NCBI GenBank assembly: GCA_030148905.1
Contig: JASBSO010000208.1
Location: 1-58,665, forward strand
Source: Kordiimonadaceae bacterium
GTDB taxonomy: Bacteria; Pseudomonadota; Alphaproteobacteria; Sphingomonadales; Kordiimonadaceae
Length of the DNA: 58,665 nt
Direction of reading: 5' to 3'
The translations under genes and the position numbers were made by a program. Under the pieces are notes generated by a model, which did no database searches, had not been told where the DNA came from, and saw nothing but the letters and a program-made list of their open reading frames with translations. Of the stretch, positions 26,868 through 37,342 are shown in pieces (within the stretch, counting starts at the first letter, position 1; each line of letters opens with the position of its first letter).

Positions 26868-28277
26868 ATGCGACCATTTCGCAACCTTCGGGTTTTCGCT
26901 GGGCTGGCTGCTGTTGCGGCAGTGACAAGCACCGGCATACAGGCCCAAACCGTCGTTGAGCGCGAGCCAGCGGCGTTTCAGTCAACTTATACGCGGCTTG
27001 ATGCGCCGATCACGGCGATCACCGGTGTCAATGCCTTTGACGGCAAGGGCGGCGCGATGACGAATGTCACCGTTGTGTTCGGCGGCGGCGAGATTATGGC
27101 GATTGGACCGAGTGTCGCGGTCCCCAACGGGGCGCGGGTGATTGACGGTTCAGGCAAATGGCTGACGCCGGGCATTATCGACGTGCACAGTCATTTGGGT
27201 GTGTACCCGTCGCCGGCGACGCCGTCGCATTCGGACGGCAATGAAGTGGGCGAACCAGTGACGGCGGATGCTTGGGCCGAGCATTCCAACTGGCCACAAG
27301 ACCCAGGCTTTATCCGCGCCGCCGCAGGCGGCATCACCGCGCTTCAGCTGTTGCCGGGCTCAGCCAACCTAGTGGGCGGGCGCGCGGTTACGCTGAAAAA
27401 CGTGCCGGGCCGCATTGCACAAGATATGAAGTTTCCAGGCGCGCCGCACGGCGTCAAACTGGCTTGCGGCGAAAACCCCAAGCGCGTTTATGGCAGCAAA
27501 TTCGGGGAATTTTTCAGCCGTCCGCACACCCGTATGGGCAATGTGGCGGGATACCGCCAGGCCTTTGCCGATGCACAGGCTTATGGCCGCGCTTGGGATA
27601 AATATACCCGCGACGCTGAGGCTGGCGAAGATGTGTTGCCCCCTAAGCGCGACCTGAAAATGGACACCATGCTGGGCATCATGAACGGCGATATTCTGGT
27701 GCATACGCATTGCTACCGCGCTGATGATATGGGTAGCTTCATGGATGTGGCGGACGAGTTCGGCTTCAAGGTGTCGGCCTTCCATCATGCCAGCGAGAGC
27801 TATAAAATCGGTGACCTTTTGGCCGAGCACGGGGCATGCAGCGCCATGTGGGCGGACTGGTACGGCTTCAAGATGGAGGCCTATGACGGCATCCGCGAAA
27901 ACATTCCCTTTGTGCACAAATCTGGCGCGTGTGCCATTGTCCACTCGGACGATGACATCGGTATTCAGCGCCTCAATCAGGAAGCCGCCAAGGCCCTGGC
28001 CGACGGCAACCGGGCGGGCCTTGATATCAGCAAGGCGGAGGCCTGGATATGGCTCAGTCTGAACCCTGCCAAGTCGCTTGGTATCGATGATCAGACGGGC
28101 ACGCTCGAGGTCGGTAAGGACGCCGATGTGGTGCTATGGTCGGGGGACCCCTTCAGCGTCTATACCAATGCCGAATTGACCTTTGTTGACGGGGCGGTGA
28201 TCTGGGACCGTGCGAACCCTGACCGTGCAGTGATGGATTTCGAGCTTGGCCAACCGGGTGAAGGAGACCTGAAATGA
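26868..28277 (+). CDS. secreted amidohydrolase family protein
   Basis: 469 aa. Signal peptide and the DVHSHLG (HxH) metal-binding motif. Confidence 0.85.
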   Translation: MRPFRNLRVFAGLAAVAAVTSTGIQAQTVVEREPAAFQSTYTRLDAPITAITGVNAFDGKGGAMTNVTVVFGGGEIMAIGPSVAVPNGARVIDGSGKWLTPGIIDVHSHLGVYPSPATPSHSDGNEVGEPVTADAWAEHSNWPQDPGFIRAAAGGITALQLLPGSANLVGGRAVTLKNVPGRIAQDMKFPGAPHGVKLACGENPKRVYGSKFGEFFSRPHTRMGNVAGYRQAFADAQAYGRAWDKYTRDAEAGEDVLPPKRDLKMDTMLGIMNGDILVHTHCYRADDMGSFMDVADEFGFKVSAFHHASESYKIGDLLAEHGACSAMWADWYGFKMEAYDGIRENIPFVHKSGACAIVHSDDDIGIQRLNQEAAKALADGNRAGLDISKAEAWIWLSLNPAKSLGIDDQTGTLEVGKDADVVLWSGDPFSVYTNAELTFVDGAVIWDRANPDRAVMDFELGQPGEGDLK

Positions 28278-29536
28278 AGACATTTCTGAAAAGCGTCGCC
28301 CTTGCGGGCCTCGTCTCGGGTGCCGCGGCGGCCGACAAAATCGCCATCACCGGCGGCACCGCCTTCACCATGAACGGTGACGAGCGGATCGAAAATGCCA
28401 CCATTTTGGTGGATGGCGGAAAGATCGAGGCGGTCCGGTCAGGCGGCTCGGTGCCCGCTGGCTACCGGGTGATCGATGCTTCGGGGAAGTGGGTGACACC
28501 GGGGCTTATGGCCTCGGGCACGCAGCTTGGCCTTGTCGAGGTCAGCCTGTCGGGTGGGATTGTCGATGCCTCGGCCACCGCCAAGGCCAAGGACCCGGTG
28601 ACTATCGACGTGACCTGGGCGATCAACCCCGACAGCACGCTGATCCCCATTACCCGGATCGAGGGCATTACCCGTGCTGCCACCGGCATGCAATCCACCG
28701 GCGATGTGTGGCTGGGCCAGGGGGCGGTGATCCATCTTGGTGACGGTTATGATCTGACCGTTCGGGACCGCGCCTTTATCGGGCTGAACATGACCGGGTC
28801 TTCGGCTGACGCCAATGGTGGCAGTCGGGCGGTCATTTGGCGAGATGTGATCACCGCGCTTGAAAAAGCCGAGCCGCAGCCCGCAATGGCCGACGATGAC
28901 AAAGACGAAAAAGCCAAAGAGAAAAAACCAGACCCGGTCAAGGATACCCTTGCGAGACTTTTCTCGGGCGAGGCCACACTGGTTGTGGCGGCCCACAGGG
29001 CGGCAGATATCCGCAATGTGATCAAGCTCAAAAGCCGGTTTGATATCAACATCGCATTGATGGGGGGGGCCGAGGCATGGCGTGAAGCTGCGGCGCTGGC
29101 TGGTGCGGGTATCCCCGTTATTCTCAATGCGCTCGATAATCTGCCCGGCAGCTTTGAAACGCTGGGTGCGACCCAGGCCAATGCGGCCCGCCTGCACGCA
29201 GCCGGTGTCACCATTGCGCTGGTGGGGCGCGGCACGCACAATGCGCGGCTGATGCCGCAATATGCCGGCAATGCAGTGGCGAACGGGCTGCCCTGGTCGG
29301 CGGCGATGGCGGCGATGACAACCGGCCCTGCCGAGATTTTTGGCATTGCTGACAGTTACGGCACGCTTGCCGAGGGCATGGACGCCGATATCGTGGTTTG
29401 GTCGGGCGACCCGATCGAGTTGGATACCGCAGCCGAGCATGTGATGATCGTGGGCGAGGAAATTGACCTTGTGTCGCGGCAAACCAAGCTGCGCGACCGC
29501 TATAAAGAGTTGAGCCGCAGCCCGGCTTTCCGCTGA
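28274..29536 (+). CDS. amidohydrolase family paralog lacking the N-terminal HxH motif
   Basis: 420 aa. ATGA overlap with the upstream gene. Aligned position reads GLMASGTQLG instead of IIDVHSHLG. C-terminal GMDADIVVWSGDP is conserved. Confidence 0.75.
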   Translation: MKTFLKSVALAGLVSGAAAADKIAITGGTAFTMNGDERIENATILVDGGKIEAVRSGGSVPAGYRVIDASGKWVTPGLMASGTQLGLVEVSLSGGIVDASATAKAKDPVTIDVTWAINPDSTLIPITRIEGITRAATGMQSTGDVWLGQGAVIHLGDGYDLTVRDRAFIGLNMTGSSADANGGSRAVIWRDVITALEKAEPQPAMADDDKDEKAKEKKPDPVKDTLARLFSGEATLVVAAHRAADIRNVIKLKSRFDINIALMGGAEAWREAAALAGAGIPVILNALDNLPGSFETLGATQANAARLHAAGVTIALVGRGTHNARLMPQYAGNAVANGLPWSAAMAAMTTGPAEIFGIADSYGTLAEGMDADIVVWSGDPIELDTAAEHVMIVGEEIDLVSRQTKLRDRYKELSRSPAFR

Positions 29537-29550
29537 GGGCAGATCACAGA

Positions 29551-29580
29551 AAAGGGCCGGTTCGCCGGCCCTTTCAGTTT
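29551..29580 (+). terminator. rho-independent terminator
   Basis: aaagggccgg ttcg ccggcccttt 10-bp stem followed by cagttt. Confidence 0.65.
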
Positions 29581-29595
29581 GGAGGCGCGTAGATC

Positions 29596-30159
29596 ATGGA
29601 CGACGGCAAAACCCGCTGTTTTGGAAGCGGCAAAGACTTTTATGCACATTATCACGACACCGAATGGGGCGTGCCGGTTCATGACGACCGGCACCTGTTT
29701 GAAATGCTCATTCTTGAAGGCGCGCAGGCGGGCCTGAGCTGGGAAACCGTCTTAAAAAAGCGCGCCCAGTATAAGCGCCTCTTTCACGACTTTGATATCG
29801 CCCGTTGTGCGGCGCTGACCGACGCCGAACTTGAGGCCATCCTGACGGATTCGGGGATTGTCCGGAACCGGCTGAAAGTCTTCTCGGTGCGCAAGAATGC
29901 GCTCGCATATCAGGCGATTCAGACGGAATACGGATCTTTCGACGACTATCTGTGGGCATATGTAGACGGTCAGCCGATAGACAATTGCCCGGCTGATTGG
30001 TCCGAAGTGCCGACGTCAACGCCGCTGAGTGATCTGATTTCCAAAGACTTGAAAAAACGCGGTATGAGCTTTGTCGGCTCCACGATTATCTACGCCTATC
30101 TGCAAGGCGTTGGCGTTGTGAACGATCACCTTGCAGACTGCTGGTGTCGGCAGACATAA
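29596..30159 (+). CDS. tag: DNA-3-methyladenine glycosylase I
   Basis: 187 aa. YHDTEWGVPVHDD...LILEGAQAGLSW is the typical Tag signature. Confidence 0.9.
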   Translation: MDDGKTRCFGSGKDFYAHYHDTEWGVPVHDDRHLFEMLILEGAQAGLSWETVLKKRAQYKRLFHDFDIARCAALTDAELEAILTDSGIVRNRLKVFSVRKNALAYQAIQTEYGSFDDYLWAYVDGQPIDNCPADWSEVPTSTPLSDLISKDLKKRGMSFVGSTIIYAYLQGVGVVNDHLADCWCRQT

Positions 30160-30163
30160 GCGA

Positions 30164-30916
30164 GTGACCGATGCGGCGCTGACAACCCTGCTGGCCTATG
30201 CGGCGATCTTCTTTCTGGCGGGGGCGATCAAGGGCACGGTTGGCATCGGACTGCCGACCGCGGCGCTTGGTCTGCTGACGCTGTTTGTTGAGCCGCGCAC
30301 GGCTATTGCGCTGATGCTGCTTCCGATCCTGACATCGAATTTCTGGCAGGCCTTCCGCTCTGGTCACATTATCCGCACACTCAAGCGGTACGGCGTCTTC
30401 AATCTGTCGATTATCGTCTTCATTACAGTGACAACGACAGTGACGGCGACAGTATCGAATAGCTATCTGCTGACCGCCTTGGGCATCGTCATTGTCCTGG
30501 TCGCGTTGATCAGTCTGTTCTTTGTGCCGCCGCCGCTGCCCACCAGATATGATCGCCTGGCGCAATTTGTCAGCGGCTCGCTATCGGGCATTCTGGGTGG
30601 GCTGACGGCGATCTGGGCGCCGACGATGGTGACCTATCTGCTCGCCAAGCGCCTCGACAAGGATGAATTTGTGCGCGCCTCAGGCGTGATGATTTCTGTC
30701 GGCAGTGTACCGCTGATCAGCGGCTATGTTGCTGCAGGCCTGTTCTCGGGGCCGGTGGCAACGCAGTCGGCGTTGATGATACTGCCGACCATTGCGGGCT
30801 TTGCTGTGGGTGAATTGGCGCGGCATCGGATCGGGGCAGAGCGGTTCCGTACCGCAGTCCTGACGGTTTTTCTCATCATGGGCCTGAATATCCTGCGCCG
30901 GGTCTTTTTCGCCTAG
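30164..30916 (+). CDS. TauE/SafE family sulfite-exporter-like membrane protein
   Basis: Polytopic membrane protein with GAIKGTVGIGLP motif. GTG at 30164, just after the tag stop, is preferred over the TTG at 30131. Confidence 0.75.
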   Translation: MTDAALTTLLAYAAIFFLAGAIKGTVGIGLPTAALGLLTLFVEPRTAIALMLLPILTSNFWQAFRSGHIIRTLKRYGVFNLSIIVFITVTTTVTATVSNSYLLTALGIVIVLVALISLFFVPPPLPTRYDRLAQFVSGSLSGILGGLTAIWAPTMVTYLLAKRLDKDEFVRASGVMISVGSVPLISGYVAAGLFSGPVATQSALMILPTIAGFAVGELARHRIGAERFRTAVLTVFLIMGLNILRRVFFA

Positions 30917-30926
30917 GGCCCTGACC

Positions 30927-31826
30927 CTAGGACACAGCCTCTTTGATCGCCTGACCAACCAGAGCAAAAGTTTCGGCGCGCGGGTTGGTTTTGCGCCATA
31001 TCAGGCCGACCTTGCGTGCGGGACTGGCATTTTGAAACGCCACCACCGTCACATCCAGACCGCGCAGCAAACCGGCGTCAATCGCCATTTGCGGCAGCAA
31101 GGTGACCCCGCGCCCAGCCGCCACCATATGCACCAGCGTGTGCAGGCTGGTGCCGGCCAGTGTTCCACCTTCATGTTTGTCGACAAGGCCGCACGCCGCC
31201 AGTGCATGCCCGCGCAGGCAGTGTCCCTCGTCAAGCAGCAACAATGTTTCGTCTTTCAGGTCATCCATGCGGATCGGCCCCGTAGGGGCATCTTTGGCGG
31301 GGTAGGCGGCGACAAAGGGGTCGTCAAACAATACGCGTTCAACGCAGTCGCCGCAGGGATAGGGAATGGCATAGAGCACCACATCCAGAGCGCCCGATTT
31401 GAGCTGTTCGCACAATTCCGCCGATTTGTCTTCGAAGAGGAAAAACTCCAGATCGGGCAATGCCTCCTGCAAGGCGGGCATGGCGCGCGGCAACAAAAAC
31501 GGTGCAATGGTGGGGATCACGCCCATGCGCACCGATCCGGCGCGCGGGTTGTTGGCAGTGGCCGCAAGGCCCATCAGGTCGTCAACGTCGGTCAAGATGG
31601 CATCCGCGCGGTCGGCGATTTCGGCACCAAGCGGTGTGAGCATCACCAACCGTTTGTTGCGTTCGACCAGCTTTGCATCCAACAGGCTTTCCAGTTCCTG
31701 CAGACCCGCAGACAGGGTGGACTGGGTGACGTGGCACAGCTCAGCCGCGCGGCCAAAATGCAGGGTTTTGGCAATGGCGGACAGATATTTCAGCTGTTTT
31801 AGCGTCGGCGGAAATGCGGTTGACAC
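30927..31826 (-). CDS. oxyR: hydrogen peroxide-inducible LysR-type regulator OxyR
   Basis: LysR HTH (LKYLSAIAKTLHFGRAAE) and the redox cysteine pair in DEGHCLRGHALAAC. GTG at 31826 is preceded by AGAGGGA. The ORF track extends to 31937. Confidence 0.8.
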   Translation of the reverse strand: MSTAFPPTLKQLKYLSAIAKTLHFGRAAELCHVTQSTLSAGLQELESLLDAKLVERNKRLVMLTPLGAEIADRADAILTDVDDLMGLAATANNPRAGSVRMGVIPTIAPFLLPRAMPALQEALPDLEFFLFEDKSAELCEQLKSGALDVVLYAIPYPCGDCVERVLFDDPFVAAYPAKDAPTGPIRMDDLKDETLLLLDEGHCLRGHALAACGLVDKHEGGTLAGTSLHTLVHMVAAGRGVTLLPQMAIDAGLLRGLDVTVVAFQNASPARKVGLIWRKTNPRAETFALVGQAIKEAVS

Positions 31827-32025
31827 GTTGGCGGTCCCTCTTTTGTGTTGGTTATAAACGCGAGGGCCAGCAAGGCCAAGCATCGGGAATGATGACGCGT
31901 CCGCATATCGGGAGACTGTGCCGCAAAGTTGCCGCATTTTTCAGGGCACACTCTCGCCGCAGTCCAGATGCAGGGGACATTGGCAGATCGCGCGGTTTGC
32001 AGAGGGGCGGGAAATGGCCTCGGCC

Positions 32026-32054
32026 AAAAAAATGGCCGGGTAAAATACCCGGCC
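32026..32054 (-). terminator. rho-independent terminator ending the tad transcription unit
   Basis: On the minus strand: ggccgggta ttt tacccggcc (9-bp perfect stem) followed by attttttt. Confidence 0.8.
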
Positions 32055-32360
32055 CGAGTCACGACAGCGAGGATTCGCGGCTGGTGTCAAACAACCGCGA
32101 CCGGAATGTGCGCAGGCTCGCCGCGCGCATTCGCCTCTATAGAAAACCATTTCTTGACAGCAGGGTCAATAACAGACTTGTCATATTTCAAAAAATCGGC
32201 CCTTGAAAGCGTGGGAAACCGGGCATTTTGGCTCTCGAGGTATGCACGTGCCGACTTTGGGCCGTGGGAATGCCAATCTGTGTTTGCCGGTCACTCGAAT
32301 CGCACGTCTTGACAGGTATTTGCTGCCTTTGGGGCATTTTATTCTACTGTGGTGCCTCTT

Positions 32361-33335
32361 CTAAGAGAGCGCGCTGTTGCCGACAAAATCATCGGCCACT
32401 TTGCACGCGGCTGGACCCAACAGCACCACAAAAAGCGTCGGCAGAATAAATACAATCAGCGGCACAGTCAGCGTTGCCGGCAGTTTTGCCGCCTTGGCTT
32501 CGGCGCGCAGCATGCGTTCATTGCGAAACTCGGACGAGAGCACGCGCAGGCTACCGGCAAGCGGGGTGCCGTATTTTTCGGCTTGAATCAGTGTGGTGAC
32601 TACGCCGCGCAGGTCGGGCAGGTCGACCCGGTTCGACAGGTTCAAAAGCGCCTCGCGTCGGTCCTGCAAAAAACCAAGCTCGATCGCGGCCAGCGAAAAC
32701 TCTTCCGCCAGTTCGGGTGATGCCTTGCCCAGTTCGCGAGCAACGCGGGTGAGCGCAGCATCCAGCGTCAGGCCCGCCTCGGCGCACACCACCATCAAGT
32801 CCAGGGCGTCAGGTAGGCCCTTGCGGATGGCATCCGTGCGCTGCGCCTTTTTGTTGGCGACAAAAATATCGGGAGCCTTGAGCCCGGCAAAGACCATGGC
32901 GATGGCAAAGAGCGGGTGAAATTTGGCCATGTTCTGCATGGCACCCAGACCGTAAAACAGCAGCACCGCAACCAGTCCCAGCGTCATCGGCAACACCAGA
33001 CGCGCGAGTTGATAGACCGCCAGCGCGTCTTTCGACCGGAACCCGGCCTGAACCAGCATATCAGACAGCTTTTTTGTCTGCTCGTTTTGCAGCAGTTTCA
33101 ACTTGTTGGCCAGGTCGCGCAGCAGGGTCACGCTGTCGAGTTTTTTGACCGGCGAGTTGCGCCGTTGCCGGGTCACAACGCCTGCTTTCAGGGCGTCGCG
33201 GCGACTGTTCAGATGTTTCATCCGCGCCTGCATCGGGTCACGGACCAGCGCAGCCTGATAAATGGTCACCAGCACCAGGGCGGCGGCCAAACCCGCACCC
33301 AGCGAAATGATATCGATCATGGTCAGGCCCGCCAC
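32361..33335 (-). CDS. tadC: Flp pilus assembly inner-membrane protein TadC (T2SS F family)
   Basis: 324-aa polytopic GspF-like protein, positioned after tadB. Confidence 0.85.
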   Translation of the reverse strand: MAGLTMIDIISLGAGLAAALVLVTIYQAALVRDPMQARMKHLNSRRDALKAGVVTRQRRNSPVKKLDSVTLLRDLANKLKLLQNEQTKKLSDMLVQAGFRSKDALAVYQLARLVLPMTLGLVAVLLFYGLGAMQNMAKFHPLFAIAMVFAGLKAPDIFVANKKAQRTDAIRKGLPDALDLMVVCAEAGLTLDAALTRVARELGKASPELAEEFSLAAIELGFLQDRREALLNLSNRVDLPDLRGVVTTLIQAEKYGTPLAGSLRVLSSEFRNERMLRAEAKAAKLPATLTVPLIVFILPTLFVVLLGPAACKVADDFVGNSALS

Positions 33336-33344
33336 ATCTACCTC

Positions 33345-34337
33345 CTACACCTCAAATTTGATCATGCGTGACATGATAAAAATCCCCAGCGACATCCAGC
33401 TCAGCGCGACAAGAGCAGCCACGATCGCGGTTGGATGGGTAAACAGCGTGCTGCCATAGTCGTAATTCAGCATCAAAATGAAGCCGTACATGATGAACGG
33501 CAGGCAGCCGACAATCCACGCGCTGGCCTTGGCCTCGCTCGACAGCGCCGCAACCTTCAATTTCATTTGCTGGCGCTGGCGCAGGATTGTCCCCAAATTC
33601 GATAGCGTTTCAGCCAGATTGCCGCCGGTTTCCCGCTGCACGGACAGCGAGATGACAAAAAACTTGATGTCGGGTGTGCCGATGCGGTCGGCCATCGCCC
33701 ACAGGGCCTCTTCAAGCGGAGTGCCAAGGCGTACCGCGTCGACAACCTGCCTGAATTCCGGCCCGGTGGGGTCCTTCAGTTCATGCGCCACATTGATCAG
33801 CACTTCGTTGACCGGCAGGCCGGATTTCAGCCCGCGAACGATCAGGTCAATCGCCTCGGGGAATTGTTTGGTGAAGGTGGCGGTGCGGGTGTTGATCTTC
33901 ATACCAACCAGAAAATGCGGCACCCCAAAGCCGATAATCACCCCGATAAACAGTGCGAGAATGGGCGTCAGTCCAAGCGCGAGTGCAGCAAGCCCCGCGA
34001 CCAGAAAGACAGCGCCGCATAACACGGCATAACGCCCCAGCTCCATATCCAGCCCGGCGCGTGCCAGCCGCAGTTTCAACTCGTCCCGGCGCGGGAGGGC
34101 CTGCGACAGCGTCGCGGCAAACCCGCTGCCGGTTTCATTTGCCCGAATCGACCGCATGGCGTCTTCGGCCGACTGCGTTTTGCCGCCAAATCGGGTGGCC
34201 AGACGGTTCAGGCGGGCGCGCATGCGCTTGGTGCGGGCCCGGTCAGGGCCGATCACCGCGATCAGACCGAAGACGATCAGCACCAACAGGCCCGCCATGG
34301 CCGGGACGGCAATCATCAAATTGGCATTTTCCATCAC
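33345..34337 (-). CDS. tadB: Flp pilus assembly inner-membrane protein TadB (T2SS F family)
   Basis: 330 aa, GspF-like. ATGA overlap with the cpaF stop. Confidence 0.85.
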   Translation of the reverse strand: MMENANLMIAVPAMAGLLVLIVFGLIAVIGPDRARTKRMRARLNRLATRFGGKTQSAEDAMRSIRANETGSGFAATLSQALPRRDELKLRLARAGLDMELGRYAVLCGAVFLVAGLAALALGLTPILALFIGVIIGFGVPHFLVGMKINTRTATFTKQFPEAIDLIVRGLKSGLPVNEVLINVAHELKDPTGPEFRQVVDAVRLGTPLEEALWAMADRIGTPDIKFFVISLSVQRETGGNLAETLSNLGTILRQRQQMKLKVAALSSEAKASAWIVGCLPFIMYGFILMLNYDYGSTLFTHPTAIVAALVALSWMSLGIFIMSRMIKFEV

Positions 34338-36070
34338 ATGGCTCCTGCGTTCATCGCTTCCATCAGGGCGCGGTCGAGGCCAAAATATTCGGCGCGGGAT
34401 AGAAAATGCGGTCGCACCCCGGTCGAGACCCAGTCGCCGATCAGGCGACCAGCATCGTCTTCGCCGGAAAATTCAAACTTGAACAAATCCTGCGTGGTGA
34501 TGATTTCCCCCTCCATGCCCACCACTTCGGTGACGTGTGTGGTCCGGCGGCCACCATCGCGCATGCGCTGCACCTGAACGATCAGATCAACAGACGAGCT
34601 GACCTGTTCGCGGATGGCGCGCGGGGGCAGGTTGAGCCCCGCCATATTGACCATATTTTCAAGACGGGTCAGCGCCTCGCGCGGGCGGTTGGCGTGGATG
34701 GTGCCCATCGAGCCATCATGCCCGGTATTCATCGCCTGCAAGAGGTCGATCGCCTCGCCGCCGCGGATCTCACCCAGGATGATCCGGTCGGGGCGCATAC
34801 GCAGCGCGTTTTTGACCAGATCACGCATGGTAATCTCACCGCCGCCTTCCAGATTGGCCGGGCGGGTTTCAAGCCGGACCACATGCGGCTGTTGCAGCTG
34901 CAATTCGGCGGCGTCCTCGATGGTGACAACGCGTTCGCCCTGATCGATCATGCGGCTGAGGGCATTGAGCATGGTGGTTTTCCCCGAACCCGTACCGCCT
35001 GAAATCAGCACATTCAACCGGCAGGCCCCGGCGATTTTCAAGACCTTGGCAAGCGCAGGCGAGATACTTTTAAACTCAAGCATCTTGTCGAGGGTGATTT
35101 TGTCTTTTGAGAATTTTCGAATGGAAATCGAACAGCCGTCAATCGCCAGCGGTGGGGCAATCACATTGACCCGGCTGCCGTCGGGCAGGCGAGCGTCGCA
35201 TATGGGCGAACTTTCATCCACGCGGCGGCCAACGGCGGTAACAATCCGCTGGGCGATGTTCATCAAATGGCGGTTGTCGCGGAAGGTGACGCTGGTCAGC
35301 TCGACCTTGCCCTTGCGCTCGACATAGACCTGCTCGGGTCCGTTGACCATGATGTCAGAGATGGTTTCGTCGGCCAGAAGCGGCTCCAGCGGGCCAAGCC
35401 CCAGCATGTCATCCAGCAGGATGGACACAAGGTCGCGCTGCTCGCTGCCGTTGAGGTTTAGCTTCTCCTGAACCAGCAGTTCAGAGATCAGTTCCCCCAC
35501 CTGATCGGTCAACGCCTCGCGCGGCAATTCGGCGGCAGCCCCCACATCGATATGATCCATCAAAAGTGGCTGAATACGCCCCTTGGCGGCGCTCAGCGTT
35601 TCTGCCCGGGCGCGGGCCTTTTCATCGGTTGCTGGGGCGGTGCTGAGGGCGTCATTGCCGATCGGCCCAATGGTGCGCACTGCGGCATCCAGAAGGTAAG
35701 TGACACCGTCTTTCACCTCGGCCGCATTGGGTGTGATGTCCTGTTCGGCCATCAGGTTGCGCAGTAAGCCCTCGAGCGTCTGGACAACCTCGGCCTGAGT
35801 GGCAAGTTGCAGGTCGCGCGCGCGGAAGAGCGATGTCAGCTTGGCTTCAGCCTGCTCGATCACCGCATCAAAGCCGGTGTCAGACGGCGGCGGCGCTGCG
35901 GGCGGTGACGGCTGTGCCTGTACCGAACCCCTGCTCGCGTTACTGACCGCGTCACTGGCCGTAGCGGTCGGTGACGGGGCAAGGCGGATAGCACCAGACC
36001 GCGCCGATGCAGGTCCACCACCGAATGCGGGGGTGGCCGCACCGCGCCTGCCAAAGCTTGCGGGTCTCAT
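34334..36070 (-). CDS. cpaF: CpaF/TadA family secretion ATPase
   Basis: Walker [10 protein letters not shown], Asp/His boxes, and a low-complexity Pro/Ala-rich N-terminus. Confidence 0.9.
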   Translation of the reverse strand: MRPASFGRRGAATPAFGGGPASARSGAIRLAPSPTATASDAVSNASRGSVQAQPSPPAAPPPSDTGFDAVIEQAEAKLTSLFRARDLQLATQAEVVQTLEGLLRNLMAEQDITPNAAEVKDGVTYLLDAAVRTIGPIGNDALSTAPATDEKARARAETLSAAKGRIQPLLMDHIDVGAAAELPREALTDQVGELISELLVQEKLNLNGSEQRDLVSILLDDMLGLGPLEPLLADETISDIMVNGPEQVYVERKGKVELTSVTFRDNRHLMNIAQRIVTAVGRRVDESSPICDARLPDGSRVNVIAPPLAIDGCSISIRKFSKDKITLDKMLEFKSISPALAKVLKIAGACRLNVLISGGTGSGKTTMLNALSRMIDQGERVVTIEDAAELQLQQPHVVRLETRPANLEGGGEITMRDLVKNALRMRPDRIILGEIRGGEAIDLLQAMNTGHDGSMGTIHANRPREALTRLENMVNMAGLNLPPRAIREQVSSSVDLIVQVQRMRDGGRRTTHVTEVVGMEGEIITTQDLFKFEFSGEDDAGRLIGDWVSTGVRPHFLSRAEYFGLDRALMEAMNAGAM

Positions 36071-36104
36071 GACCTGTCCTTAAAATTACCCACCGCGCCC
36101 AGCA

Positions 36105-37325
36105 TCATTTCCCCAATAGTTTTGCAAACCAGCCGCTGTCGTCCGGTTGCTCTTCCTGGGCGTCAACCGCACGCGCCAGTGTTTTCACCACCTGCGCGAT
36201 TTTTGAATTGGGCGCGCCGTCAACAACAAGCTTGTTGGCCTGTGCGGCACTCAGAATGACCTTGGGCTCGAAGGGCAGCATCGCGGTGAAGGGCATTTCG
36301 ACCGAGTTTTCAAAATCTTTTTCGTCCACTTCGCGCCCGCCAAGGCCCAGCATTGCCCCCACCAGATGGATGCTCAGATGCGGTGCGATCGCGCGGGCAT
36401 GCGCCAATAGGCGAATGGTGTCGCGCGCACTGACAACCGACAGGTCGGCAAGGATGATCAGGTCGCTGGCGTTTTCCAGCAGTTTGGGAAACTGGCTCAA
36501 CTGATGGCGGGGTAGGTCCACCACCAGATGGCTGAAATTGTCCTTCAGCGTGTTCAACAGCTGTTCCTCGGCGCCGCTGGCGATGTCGCCGACGCTGGCC
36601 GGCGGCACTTCCGAGCCGAGGATCGACAGCGTGGGTGTGGGCTTGACCACCGCGCGTTCCAAAAACAGGCCGTCAACCCGGGCCGGATTTTCCAGCGCGT
36701 CAACCAGGCCGCGCCCAGGCTCCAGGTCAAATTGCATGGCCGCCGTGCCAAAGACCAGGTCCATATCCAGCAAGGCGGTTTGCCGCCCGGCAGCGGCGAA
36801 ATGCATCGCCAGATTGACCGCCAGCGTGCTGCTGCCCAAACCCCCGCGCACACCGGTCACAACCACCTGCTGTTTGATCGCCGGGTCATTTTGCGGGCTT
36901 TGGGTCGGTTCTGGCTCGGCCAGCAGCGTGGACGCCAGCGCAAGCGACTGCGTCAACGTCTCGGGTGCGACAGGTTTCATCAAATAGTCCTGCACGCCCG
37001 CCTGTAGCAGGTCGCGGTAAAGCGCCACATCATTCCATGTGCCAAGGGCCGTAACCAAGGTGCCGGGCTCGCACACCTCGGCCAGCGCCTGCATGTCGGC
37101 GCGCGGGTCGGGGCTGCCGGCAAGGTCAACGATCAAAATCTGCGGGCATCCGCCTTTGGCGATGTCGTCAATGGCGGCGTCGATCCCGCCGATATGCACG
37201 CTGTCCTGCGCCCAGCCTTGCTCGGCCAGCGCCTGTGTTGCCACTTTGGCAGTGATGTCATCGCCAGCATAAACCGCACAGCTTGGCTGCGCAGCGAGCG
37301 GCGTATCAAGAGCAGCAAGTGTCAT
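36105..37325 (-). CDS. cpaE: CpaE/TadZ pilus-localisation protein (receiver-like domain + MinD/ParA-like ATPase)
   Basis: 406 aa. Deviant Walker A region VTGVRGGLGSST and an N-terminal receiver-like fold. Confidence 0.85.
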   Translation of the reverse strand: MTLAALDTPLAAQPSCAVYAGDDITAKVATQALAEQGWAQDSVHIGGIDAAIDDIAKGGCPQILIVDLAGSPDPRADMQALAEVCEPGTLVTALGTWNDVALYRDLLQAGVQDYLMKPVAPETLTQSLALASTLLAEPEPTQSPQNDPAIKQQVVVTGVRGGLGSSTLAVNLAMHFAAAGRQTALLDMDLVFGTAAMQFDLEPGRGLVDALENPARVDGLFLERAVVKPTPTLSILGSEVPPASVGDIASGAEEQLLNTLKDNFSHLVVDLPRHQLSQFPKLLENASDLIILADLSVVSARDTIRLLAHARAIAPHLSIHLVGAMLGLGGREVDEKDFENSVEMPFTAMLPFEPKVILSAAQANKLVVDGAPNSKIAQVVKTLARAVDAQEEQPDDSGWFAKLLGK

Positions 37326-37342
37326 CGGGTCGCCTCCTCTTG

